From: an archaeon
GTDB taxonomy: Archaea > Iainarchaeota > Iainarchaeia > Iainarchaeales > GW2011-AR10
Length of the DNA stretch: 38,708 nucleotides
Reading direction: 5' to 3'
Assembly: GCA_030651515.1 (NCBI GenBank)
Contig: JAUSEO010000005.1
Location: forward strand, 1-38,708
Shown here: one piece after another, positions 19,170 to 27,337 of the stretch
Numbering within the stretch: the stretch's first letter is position 1
How the letters are laid out: each line of letters starts with the position of its first letter
The notes under the pieces: model-generated
Databases searched by the model: none
What the model was told of the DNA's origin: nothing
What the model saw: only the letters and a program-made list of their open reading frames with translations
Made by a program: the position numbers and the translations under genes

Positions 19170-20000
19170 CTATTTTTTTTCCTTTGCCTTAGTGAATGCC
19201 TTAACTGCATCCATTAACTCCATTGGAATTGCAATGACAACCGTGTTTGAAGCAGTGGGTCCAAGCCCGTCAATTGTCTGAAGCGTCCTTAACTGCATTG
19301 CACCCGTGGACTTTGCCATTATTTCTGCTGCCTTTGAAAGGTTTTCAGCAGCCATCCTGTCACCCTCAGCCTTGATAATCGTGGCCCTTTTTTCCCTTTC
19401 CGAGGATGCCTGTCTTGACATGAGCCTCTTCAAATCCTCTGGCATGTCAATGTCCTGCATTTTTATGTTCGTGACTTTTATCCCCCACGCACCGCTTTCC
19501 CTGTCCACGATTTTTTCTATCTGTTCCCCGACCTGCTGCCTCTCGGCAAGAACCTCGTCAAGAGTCATCTGCCCAATGACGTCCCTCAACGCTGTTTGCG
19601 CGTACTGTGAAACCGCGTACTCGTAATCCTGCACGTTGATGATTGCCTTTGAAGCATCCTCCACCTTGAAGTAAAGCACCCCGTTGATTGTCACGGGGAC
19701 ATTGTCCTTGGTTATCGCCTGCTGGCTTGGAATGTCAATTGTAAGCACGCGCATGTCAATTATTTTCACTGCTTCAACGATTGGAAAAATAAAGTTCAAC
19801 CCCGGCTGGAGTGTTTTGTCCAGTTTCCCAAGCGAAAAAACAACGCCTGTCTGGTACTGCTGGATAATCCTTATAGAAAGGAAAACCAAAAAAACCAGGT
19901 AAACCAGCAAAACAACCGGCCCCATGACCGGCACGAAAAACACTGCAACTGCAACAAGCAAAAAAACAAACCCGACAATCCCCTTCACGGCCCCATTCAT
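19170..20000 (-). CDS. SPFH/stomatin (slipin) family protein
   Basis: PGL.FI.P, D.R, ITKDNV, AQTALRDVIG and AMQLRTLQT. Confidence 0.96.
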   Translation of the reverse strand: MNGAVKGIVGFVFLLVAVAVFFVPVMGPVVLLVYLVFLVFLSIRIIQQYQTGVVFSLGKLDKTLQPGLNFIFPIVEAVKIIDMRVLTIDIPSQQAITKDNVPVTINGVLYFKVEDASKAIINVQDYEYAVSQYAQTALRDVIGQMTLDEVLAERQQVGEQIEKIVDRESGAWGIKVTNIKMQDIDMPEDLKRLMSRQASSEREKRATIIKAEGDRMAAENLSKAAEIMAKSTGAMQLRTLQTIDGLGPTASNTVVIAIPMELMDAVKAFTKAKEKK

Positions 20001-20161
20001 GAAAAAATAAAGGGATTTAACTTCTTAAAAAACAATCTATCCAGCCTTCAGCTTGGTTTAAGCATATTTTTATTTTTTGCCAGCTAGTGAAGGCAGTTTC
20101 AGTTGTAAACAAAATGTTAACAACTGGTTTTACTTTCCTTTTAGAACCCGCTATTTATGGG

Positions 20162-20599
20162 TTATTTTAAAGAAATCTGATTTAATTTTATTTTAGTTCC
20201 TTTTTTCCATAAGTCTTTTCTCATAGCAATAGCACTTTCCATAAAATTGTATTCTGATGGTTCAATCATAAATTGCTTGAATTTTCTTAACACCCCATCA
20301 GAAGCATACAGGATAGAGTTGTAGTAAAATTCTGTTAATTTTTCCATGGCATATTTTTTAATCTCTTCTTTCTTCTTCAAACTTTGCATGTGTGGGTCGT
20401 GAATATTGAATTGATTCATATTTTCTGGTTTTAGAACACATCTCATGAATACCAAAGTAGACCTGTATTTGTCTTCGTTGAGACTCTGAATTCTCAATTC
20501 GGTTTCCTTTCTTTGATTCAAAAGATGTTGAATGTACCCGCCAATAATCCCCCCAAGCCCTAATAAACTTAAAATAGAAATTATTGTTTGCAAATCCAT
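20162..20599 (-). CDS. Hypothetical protein with N-terminal TM
   Basis: AT-rich 145-aa ORF with LYASD.V and AMRKDL motifs seen in mobile-region TM proteins. Confidence 0.75.
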   Translation of the reverse strand: MDLQTIISILSLLGLGGIIGGYIQHLLNQRKETELRIQSLNEDKYRSTLVFMRCVLKPENMNQFNIHDPHMQSLKKKEEIKKYAMEKLTEFYYNSILYASDGVLRKFKQFMIEPSEYNFMESAIAMRKDLWKKGTKIKLNQISLK

Positions 20600-20636
20600 A
20601 TTTTCACACTTGTTTTATTGACTTATTTAATAAGGA

Positions 20637-20695
20637 ATGCCCCTATTGGGCTCATCACGACACAGTTAAAGTCAGGGATAATTGTTGCCCTAATA
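20637..20695 (-). repeat. Intergenic hairpin repeat copy 1
   Basis: Plus-strand core attgggct...cagttaaagtcagggata...gttgccc shared with 21643-21749 and 22672-22780. Confidence 0.85.
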
Positions 20696-20749
20696 TGTGT
20701 TCTACTTGATCAAGTGTGGCCAGAAATACTTTTAACCTTAATGAATTCG

Positions 20750-21595
20750 TCAGCCCTTTAGTCTTTTTCTTTTGTTTGATTCCGGCTCACCCAGATAGTT
20801 TTCCTGTGTGCTGATTTTTTCACCAGATTCAACTTCAAGTCTTTTTCTGGCGTCCCCAGCAATTTGTCCACCCAGCTTGGCGGCTTTTTTGTTTTGAATA
20901 AAGCCTTGCGCGTCCTTGCTTTTCGCGATTTTGGTGGTGGAGGCTTCGCCAAGCATGGTGAAAATGAGTTCCAAATCATTCATGTGGTCACGCAGGTTTT
21001 CTTTTGAAAGTTTTTTGAATTTCTTGTATTCCTCAACGGTTTTGCCAAAAGTTGCCTGGCTTATTTCGTTGGTCAAAATCGCGTATTCTTTGCCCTCTTG
21101 GACGCTTCGCTTTTTCCATTCATCCGTCAATTCCTGCCGGACCGCTATTCCACGAACCCTTTTTTCAATCCACTCGTCCGAATAGCCTTTTGCCTTGTAA
21201 AGTTCTTTCATGCGCGCTTGTGACAATTCCGGGTTTTCGATTTCCTGGACGCGCTCGTAACCGACTTGGGCGAGCCAGCGCTTGAAGGGTTCGGCTTTTG
21301 GCGAGGGAATTGACTGGATTATCCTGAACATTGATTTGGTATTAGTGCAGTCTGTTTCTCTTAATTTCCCATCCTCTGCAGACAATTTCAACTGTACGAT
21401 TTTATCGTACGGTTCAAAACCTTCTTCTGAAAGCTTGATTTTTAAGTCAGACCAATATCTCTTTGGAATTGTACTGGCTTCCAATGCAGTTACAACATCT
21501 ATTACAGAAAAATACCATTCATTCTCATGCCATGCCCGCCTGATTTTTTTGTCCTGAAAAACAACCAACGCATTTTGGTTTTCCACTTCAATCAC
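20750..21595 (-). CDS. Bro-N domain protein (phage antirepressor-like)
   Basis: IRRAW...WYFSVIDV, YWSDLK, RIIQSIPSPKAEPFKRWLA and NLRDHM. Confidence 0.92.
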   Translation of the reverse strand: MIEVENQNALVVFQDKKIRRAWHENEWYFSVIDVVTALEASTIPKRYWSDLKIKLSEEGFEPYDKIVQLKLSAEDGKLRETDCTNTKSMFRIIQSIPSPKAEPFKRWLAQVGYERVQEIENPELSQARMKELYKAKGYSDEWIEKRVRGIAVRQELTDEWKKRSVQEGKEYAILTNEISQATFGKTVEEYKKFKKLSKENLRDHMNDLELIFTMLGEASTTKIAKSKDAQGFIQNKKAAKLGGQIAGDARKRLEVESGEKISTQENYLGEPESNKRKRLKG

Positions 21596-21642
21596 CGTGC
21601 CTTTTAGTTATGAAATAGCCTTTGGCCCGCCCACATAAGATA

Positions 21643-21749
21643 TTTGTATTCTTGTTTAAAAGCAGTTTCAGGCCTCGTTGCCGGTGTGAATCTTGAAGTG
21701 CCCATTGGGCTTATACAACAGTTAAAGTCATGGGATAAAACAGTGGCCC
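21643..21749 (-). repeat. Intergenic hairpin-plus-promoter repeat copy 2
   Basis: About 105-bp near-identical match to 22672-22780, including a BRE/TATA-like GAAACyGCTTTTAAAC. Confidence 0.9.
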
Positions 21750-21754
21750 GGGTT

Positions 21755-22033
21755 TCACTTTCTCACATTTGCTATTGCAAGTCGGGTTGCTTCTCTTATA
21801 ATTGCCCTTACGGTTATGGTGCTGCTTTTCATGCGCCTTCCCCAACCGAAATTCTGCAAGGCCTTTTCAATTGTCGCGTCTGACAGCAGTTCCTTTTCCA
21901 ACGTCAAAATGCCTGCCTGCTTGCCCGAGTCTTCTGCGAGGCGGTAAAGGCGGATGATTGCCTCTGGCTGTTTCATCCCGGAGAAGCTGTTCCACAATTG
22001 CATTACTTCCTCATCAGTTGCCATATTTTCCAA
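21755..22033 (-). CDS. Hypothetical protein
   Basis: 92-aa ORF with GGAGG SD, bounded by repeats on both sides. Confidence 0.55.
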   Translation of the reverse strand: MENMATDEEVMQLWNSFSGMKQPEAIIRLYRLAEDSGKQAGILTLEKELLSDATIEKALQNFGWGRRMKSSTITVRAIIREATRLAIANVRK

Positions 22034-22045
22034 GCCTCCTTTGCC

Positions 22046-22120
22046 GGGCTTTGCTTGCCGCGCATGTCATCATAATAACCCGAATTAGCAGTTGAAGACA
22101 AGGGATTTCCGTTTTTGGCC
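22046..22120 (-). repeat. Degenerate hairpin repeat copy 3
   Basis: gggctt...cagttgaagacaagggat...ggcc resembles the core of the other copies. Confidence 0.5.
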
Positions 22121-22167
22121 TTGTTTTTCTAACTGTGGCGTTATATGCCTCAAGCGAAGTTTGAACC
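22121..22167 (-). repeat. Decayed direct repeat of tRNA-Glu 3' end plus trailer (att-like)
   Basis: 34/47 ungapped identity to 24395-24441 by hand count. Confidence 0.75.
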
Positions 22168-22173
22168 AATTTT

Positions 22174-22392
22174 TCATGATGTTAGCGTTGCTGTTTGTAT
22201 TACTTTTTTTGTTTCGCCTGAAAAAATCTTTTTTGCATTAGCGATTTCCATTGCAAGTATTTTGCCATCTTTTGAAATGTCCAGTACTATCCCATTTGAC
22301 AGTTCAATGCTTTTCCAATAGTCACCTTCAAATAATTGTATTCCAAGAATATCCTCTTCCTTGTCGTACCATTTTTGTTTTTTCATTTCCAC
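22174..22392 (-). CDS. DUF2283 family putative antitoxin
   Basis: YDKEEDIL.I...SIE...GIVLD..KDGKI.AMEI.NA. Confidence 0.9.
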   Translation of the reverse strand: MEMKKQKWYDKEEDILGIQLFEGDYWKSIELSNGIVLDISKDGKILAMEIANAKKIFSGETKKVIQTATLTS

Positions 22393-22395
22393 TCA

Positions 22396-22632
22396 CTAAT
22401 CCAAATAGTATGCTGTAATCAATTTAATTGTTTGGCTTCCGATTTTTCTGAAAACAACTTTTAACCGCTTTCCGTTTTGTGGAATAACCATAATCACATT
22501 CAAGGCATTGTCCTGGGTTTTGTCTTTTTCAAAATCCTTTGGATTGCTTAATGCGTATTCAATCATGTATTGTTCGATATTTCTGCGGAATTTTTTCTTT
22601 TTCTTCCAATGAAAAGATTCAATTATTTCCAA
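22396..22632 (-). CDS. DUF4258/BrnT-like putative toxin (TTG start)
   Basis: S.H......R.I....I..AL.NP...LKVVF....IKLITAYY, paired with DUF2283. The longer ORF-track start runs through the repeat. Confidence 0.75.
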   Translation of the reverse strand: MEIIESFHWKKKKKFRRNIEQYMIEYALSNPKDFEKDKTQDNALNVIMVIPQNGKRLKVVFRKIGSQTIKLITAYYLD

Positions 22633-22671
22633 TTGAGTTCCCCTTTTTCCGCATTCGTTTGTAATAATTTG

Positions 22672-22780
22672 TTTGTGTTCTTGTTTAAAAGCGGTTTCAG
22701 GCCACAGTGCCGGTGCGAATCTTGAAATGCTCATTGGGCTTATGCGACAGTTAAAGTCAGGGATATTTTGTTGCCCTAAA
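22672..22780 (-). repeat. Intergenic hairpin-plus-promoter repeat copy 4
   Basis: Match to copies 1 and 2. Confidence 0.9.
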
Positions 22781-22847
22781 AGACATCTATTGTGAACCTT
22801 GTTTGAAAACAATTTTAAGTATATTGAAGATTCGTGATTTTCCAAAC

Positions 22848-23834
22848 GGCTCTGTAGAAATCCTTTTTAAATAGGGATAAATAGAGGGTTTTCCCTCTAT
22901 CTATTGTGATTCCCTATGAATGTTTTGTACCCTGTAAAATTTAATAGTTTCTATCAACTAGTCCAAAGCGTTTTGAACGAAATCAAGTTCCCGTACAGGT
23001 TCTCCGTGTTCTCCAAGAGAATGTATGGGAACTTTGTACACGTTTTTCTTCTCGTCTACAAAGAGAGATTGAACGTCTCGTATAGGCGTTTTGTACAAAT
23101 AGCCAGCGAAGTAAACCTTGAAAGAACATTGGGAATTAAACGAATTCCCCATTTTACTACCATCCAAAAATTCTTACAGCGCATACCAAAGAAACTTTTC
23201 GAGTCAATGGTCAAAGCCTGCCGCAGACTACTTAACCTCAAAAAAGTTACCGGAATCATCGACGGAACAGGTTTTTCAAACACCAATCCTTCACATTATT
23301 ACCAGCAAAGAGTTGATGGTGTAAAAGTCAAAAACTACACTAAAACCGTGTTATTAACGGATAAAAAAACAAAACTCGTGTTGAACATAAAAACTCACAG
23401 TGACAATGCTAGTGAGACTCTGGACTTTATACCTCTTGTACAAGACCTCAATGATACGTTGTCACAGGTTTTGGGTGATAAGGGCTATGACTCCATGAAA
23501 AATAGGGAATACTGTTGGAACAATGGAATCTCCGTACAAATTCCATTGAGAAACTTTAAACAAGCGGGATACAAGTACGGTCTACAACCCTATTTGAAAA
23601 AGAAACGACGCATAGCTTCACAATTATTTGACCAAAACGAGTATAGGTACAGGGTATTAGTTGAATCCGTGAACTCTGCCATTAAACGGACTCTGGGTTC
23701 CTGGGTAAACTCCCGTAACCCTGGTTCCCAACAAAAACAAGTAATTTTGAAAATCCTAGCTTACAACATAGAAGTAATCAACCGAACAATAAAACTCACC
23801 ATATTTATAACCTAAACAGGAATTCTACACCGCC
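22848..23834 (+). mobile_element. Complete IS5-family insertion sequence (987 bp) with 9-bp TSD
   Basis: TIRs GGCTCTGTAGAAATCCTTTTTA and GGCGGTGTAGAATTCCTGTTTA (18/22), TSD TTTCCAAAC at 22839-22847 and 23835-23843. Confidence 0.93.
22916..23815 (+). CDS. IS5-family DDE transposase
   Basis: SYR, IPHFTTIQKF, IDGTG, GDKGYDS and Y..R..VES.NS.IKR. Confidence 0.95.
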   Translation: MNVLYPVKFNSFYQLVQSVLNEIKFPYRFSVFSKRMYGNFVHVFLLVYKERLNVSYRRFVQIASEVNLERTLGIKRIPHFTTIQKFLQRIPKKLFESMVKACRRLLNLKKVTGIIDGTGFSNTNPSHYYQQRVDGVKVKNYTKTVLLTDKKTKLVLNIKTHSDNASETLDFIPLVQDLNDTLSQVLGDKGYDSMKNREYCWNNGISVQIPLRNFKQAGYKYGLQPYLKKKRRIASQLFDQNEYRYRVLVESVNSAIKRTLGSWVNSRNPGSQQKQVILKILAYNIEVINRTIKLTIFIT

Positions 23835-23885
23835 TTTCCAAACGAAATGTTTTAATCTGTGTTAAGCTTATTTGTGTAGGGAATT

Positions 23886-24362
23886 ATGAGTAAGCCTATT
23901 CGAAGACCTGTTTCTGAAGGCCGACAAGGAGCTTCAAAGCCGATTGCATTTGTTAAGAATCCAGTAACTGGTGTAGACATTCCAGTTTTCTATCGCAACC
24001 TTGAGAACAGAATTACAAGTGATACACGGGGCGCTCCTGCTGCAAGGAATCCAAATGATAGGCGGATTCGGCAAGTGGGTGATTTTTTCAGTCAAGCACG
24101 TGTGAGCAAGGTGCATCATCAGCCACGTGTTAGAATGCTTCTTGAAAAATTTCAAAAGCAACGCTTGGCATCAGGTGACACCAGACCAATTACCTGGTAT
24201 CCCAAGATTGTTGTAATGACTGAAGAAGAATTTAACCAATTGGACCCTAAGGGGAAAAAAAATTTTGTTGTAGTCAAAGAGGCAGGCTTTGTTTACTTTT
24301 TTAATCGTCGGGCGCCTGGCGGCGGTGGGAAAGTAATCACAAAAAAATACAAAAAACCTTAA
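23886..24362 (+). CDS. Basic hypothetical protein
   Basis: 158-aa Arg/Lys-rich ORF with a TATA-like element about 30 bp upstream. Confidence 0.6.
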   Translation: MSKPIRRPVSEGRQGASKPIAFVKNPVTGVDIPVFYRNLENRITSDTRGAPAARNPNDRRIRQVGDFFSQARVSKVHHQPRVRMLLEKFQKQRLASGDTRPITWYPKIVVMTEEEFNQLDPKGKKNFVVVKEAGFVYFFNRRAPGGGGKVITKKYKKP

Positions 24363-24419
24363 AACAGACAAGAACAACTGGATTAAATCTGCGCTTTGTT
24401 TTCTAACTGTAATGTGAAG

Positions 24420-24494
24420 TGCCCCGAGCGGGATTTGAACCCGCGTCGATGCCGTGAGAGGGCATAGTCCTTGACCGGGCTAGACTATCGGGGC
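24420..24494 (-). tRNA. tRNA-Glu(CTC)
   Basis: Acceptor GCCCCGA/TCGGGGC, ATGCC-CT-CTC-AC-GGCAT, T-arm GCGGG-TTCAAAT-CCCGC. Confidence 0.97.
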
Positions 24495-24547
24495 GGCCAC
24501 ACGATTTTCTCTAGAAAAAGGTTTATTAAAACAAAGTTGTGTGTTCC

Positions 24548-24946
24548 TCAAAATTCACGTATTTCCTCAAGCACAAACCGCAAGTTTGCGTCCTTGTCAA
24601 GCACTATCTGGTCAATTCCTTTTTCAGCGTAAACGTTATCCACATAGATTGCCCAGTAGTGGCTCTGTCCAGCCTCCACGCCTGCGATGGATTCAACGAA
24701 AAAACCAAACTCGTACTGTTTGCCTTTAACCTCTGTTGCCTCTCTGAGTGCGTCAAGTGCAATTGTCCCCTTTTCCACTTCCACTGTTTTTTCAAGGATG
24801 TTGTTTTCGCCGTCGTTGACGGCAAAAGAAACTTTCACTTGGGAAATAGTTTCCTGGCTGCCAGCTTGAGGTGCTTGCTGCTGGATTTGCTGTGTGCACC
24901 CTGCAAGCAAAAAAATTACGAAAAGAAAAAATAATGCATTCTTCAT
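24548..24946 (-). CDS. DUF4430 domain lipoprotein
   Basis: Lipobox LAGC, T.ALDAL, G.FVESI.G, YW.IYV and G.D. Confidence 0.9.
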   Translation of the reverse strand: MKNALFFLFVIFLLAGCTQQIQQQAPQAGSQETISQVKVSFAVNDGENNILEKTVEVEKGTIALDALREATEVKGKQYEFGFFVESIAGVEAGQSHYWAIYVDNVYAEKGIDQIVLDKDANLRFVLEEIREF

Positions 24947-25016
24947 GTAGGAAAACAGGTTTGGTTAGGTATTTTAATTTTCTTTTTTATGGTCACAACC
25001 GGTATCCGCGGGGGCA

Positions 25017-26246
25017 TTATCCGATTGTGACATTCATTGTGGCTTTGAGTATGCTTGAGTTTGGCCAAAAAGACCTTACCTTGAATGAACTTTCTGGCGC
25101 CGTGAATTCAATAGTCTTATTCTCGCCAGGTTTTACAACCCCCGTGTTGAAGTGGTCGCTTCTGATGTCTTCCCCGCCCCACGAAACCCCGCTTGTCGGA
25201 ACGTTGAAAGTTATTCTCACAAGGTCCCCTGGAGAAACAGTTATCTCATTCGGGTCGAACTTTGAATCGTTTGCAAGAATCGTGAATTCTTTTGTTTCCG
25301 GCTCCTGTTGTGCATCCCCTGTTGCAGGCATTATTGTTATTGATTTTTCTTCAGAGTAAGCGTGCTTCCCTTCAACCATTGCGTGCACGCGGAAAAAAAG
25401 CGTTGTTTCTTCCAAAACTTCCGGCAAGGCAAAACCCACTCCAAACTGGCCATCAGTTGTTCTGCCGGTCAGGACATCGCTTGCGTTTGCGTATTCCTCA
25501 AAGTTCTCGCCATGCCCGCCAACCAAGTCCCAGTGCACTGCAGTGTGTTCAACTAATTTGTCTTCACTGCTTGCAACGGTCCATGCTAAAAAGAAATTTT
25601 CATCAGAAACACCTGCTGGCTCGAAAATGACCTGTTCAATCCTTGGCTTTGCAAGCTCGTCTTCAACTTCTCTCCCTTCTTCCCTCATTTTTTCCATGAA
25701 TTCTCCAAATTGTTTTTCGCCAAACAGCTTCACCATGTTTGGTGCAAAAACGTATTTTCCATCCTGCATGGCAATTGAGTAAAGGTCAAAGTAAAGCACC
25801 ATGTTGGTTTCAGAATCCTTTGTGATTCCAAAATTGTTTTCAACCAAAAATTCTTTTTGAGGCAGTTCCACCTGTATGGTTTCACCATCTGCAAGCAAAA
25901 CCTCTATTTTTGAAACAGTGGCTTTCAGGCCGGTAAATGCTTCCGATTCAAGTTCAGTTGACCCAAGCCCCCCTTTTTCACCTTCAAGCGAAAGGACATC
26001 ATAAATCTTTTTGTTGACAGTAAGGCCAAGTTCGTGCCCATCAGCACCGATTGCCTTGATGTTTTCAAAACCAACCATTATTTGTGAAACACCAGAGTTC
26101 TCGTTGTAGGATTCCTGGCTGGAAATGGAAAGAGAAAGCGTTCCTTTTTCTTTGGCTTGCGGTGGTTCCTGTGTCCCTGGTTGCTGCGTTGCACAGCCTG
26201 CAAAAAAAAGACCCAAAACCAAAAAAAGCGCCAAGAAACTCTTCAT
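25017..26246 (-). CDS. Lipoprotein with DUF4382-like N-terminal and cupredoxin-like C-terminal domains
   Basis: Lipobox FAGC, L.FDL..S....GKYVF.P and FDPNEITVSPGD.VRITF...PGE.KTIEFTA. Confidence 0.7.
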   Translation of the reverse strand: MKSFLALFLVLGLFFAGCATQQPGTQEPPQAKEKGTLSLSISSQESYNENSGVSQIMVGFENIKAIGADGHELGLTVNKKIYDVLSLEGEKGGLGSTELESEAFTGLKATVSKIEVLLADGETIQVELPQKEFLVENNFGITKDSETNMVLYFDLYSIAMQDGKYVFAPNMVKLFGEKQFGEFMEKMREEGREVEDELAKPRIEQVIFEPAGVSDENFFLAWTVASSEDKLVEHTAVHWDLVGGHGENFEEYANASDVLTGRTTDGQFGVGFALPEVLEETTLFFRVHAMVEGKHAYSEEKSITIMPATGDAQQEPETKEFTILANDSKFDPNEITVSPGDLVRITFNVPTSGVSWGGEDIRSDHFNTGVVKPGENKTIEFTAPESSFKVRSFWPNSSILKATMNVTIG

Positions 26247-26334
26247 TCAAAAACCACCTAATTGTTGGGTAAAAAAAGCATTTTAAGCTTAATTTAGGCC
26301 TACTCAACGCTTTGGAAAAACTCTTTTTGTTTTT

Positions 26335-27045
26335 TCAAGAATCTTTTTCTGGAGTTTGGCCTATGTGCTCTTCAAAAGCCGTTCGCGGGGGTGTTTTCAG
26401 GGCTCTAAAGCCCAATCTGACAATCAATGCCGTGATTGCCAATGCCAAAAAAACCAGGCCATAAGGCCGCACGTCAAGCCCCTTGCCTGGTTTTATTTCA
26501 AGGACAAGGAAATGCACTATTGCAAAAAACAATGCCACATAGCCGGTTGTCTGGAGAAGTTTCCATTTTATGTAACCCATTTTTTTCACGGCCTCAGCCG
26601 TCGAGGTGATGGCCATGAGGAAAAAAATTCCAAATGCCAAAACCGCGGCAACAAAACCAATCCACTTGGGGTTTGCAAAAAGCATTTTGTTTGGGTCAAG
26701 GCCATAAATCACGAAAAGCGAATACGCTGAATGCAAAATTGCAAACAGGAATCCTGCAATCCCGGCATCCTTTCTGTACAGCAAGAATTTTCCAAAAGTT
26801 TTCGGAAACATTTTTGACAACGGGCCGACAACAAGCGCGCATGAAATCAAGCCGATTGCAGCCAGTGCCGCAACTTTGTTCAGCTCCGACCACGATTTCG
26901 CCGCGTCAGAAAAAAAAATTACAGCCAAAAGCTTTTGCGGGACAAGCGTTTTTGTCTCCTTGTCATATGCTGTGTAAAAAAACAAGAGTGACAAAAAAAC
27001 AGCGGCGACAAAAACAAACGAGCCAGCCCTGGCAGACAGAGTCAT
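26335..27045 (-). CDS. Ferric-reductase-like transmembrane protein (MsrQ/YedZ-like), second paralog
   Basis: RK.AG..GF....LH, MAITS, WK.LQ..GY and IVH. Confidence 0.85.
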   Translation of the reverse strand: MTLSARAGSFVFVAAVFLSLLFFYTAYDKETKTLVPQKLLAVIFFSDAAKSWSELNKVAALAAIGLISCALVVGPLSKMFPKTFGKFLLYRKDAGIAGFLFAILHSAYSLFVIYGLDPNKMLFANPKWIGFVAAVLAFGIFFLMAITSTAEAVKKMGYIKWKLLQTTGYVALFFAIVHFLVLEIKPGKGLDVRPYGLVFLALAITALIVRLGFRALKTPPRTAFEEHIGQTPEKDS

Positions 27046-27080
27046 TGCAGAGAAACAAATCCAAACTGATTTTTAAATAA

Positions 27081-27153
27081 TGCCGGTGGGCAGATTTGAA
27101 CTGCCGGTCCCCACATTATGAGTGTGGTGCTTTGACCGCTAAGCTACACCGGC
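27081..27153 (-). tRNA. tRNA-Met(CAT), probably elongator
   Basis: Acceptor GCCGGTG/CACCGGC-A and CCACA-CT-CAT-AA-TGTGG. It lacks the initiator A1:U72 pair and the GGG/CCC stem. Confidence 0.93.
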
Positions 27154-27255
27154 AACTGATACGGCAGTTGGCACCGCGGGCGTTTCGCTTCGCTCAACAG
27201 TCCGTGCATCCGTTCACACCGCGTATGTGCCCTTTCTGCGAAAGGGCAGTAATAC
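27154..27255 (-). ncRNA. Putative structured RNA abutting tRNA-Met 5' end (copy B)
   Basis: Homologous to 7230-7357, and ends in TCAGTT at tRNA +1. Confidence 0.55.
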
Positions 27256-27337
27256 TGCTGAATTTCACAGTTACAGTTATTCGCGCTTCCAAAAAGGGTT
27301 ACTTATTTTGGCTCTAAAAAGTTTAAAAAGCTGTTAA

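Noticed and set aside
21678..21695. GCCGGTGYGAATC as part of a cobalamin riboswitch
   Set aside because: The flanking GGGAA and CCCCGCAACTGT elements are missing, and it is antisense to the downstream genes
20637..22780. Repeats as a CRISPR array or canonical integron attC sites
   Set aside because: Spacing is 370-1060 bp with whole genes in between, no cas or intI gene is present, and the RYYYAAC...GTTRRRY ends are absent in gene orientation
22633..22845. N-terminal extension of the 149-aa ORF 22396-22845
   Set aside because: It translates the non-coding repeat and promoter. A better SD and the family length support TTG at 22632
27212..27262. Resemblance of GAAAGGGCACATACG to group II intron domain V
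   Set aside because: The AGC triad and lower stem are not conserved in copy A, and no other intron domains or RT are visible
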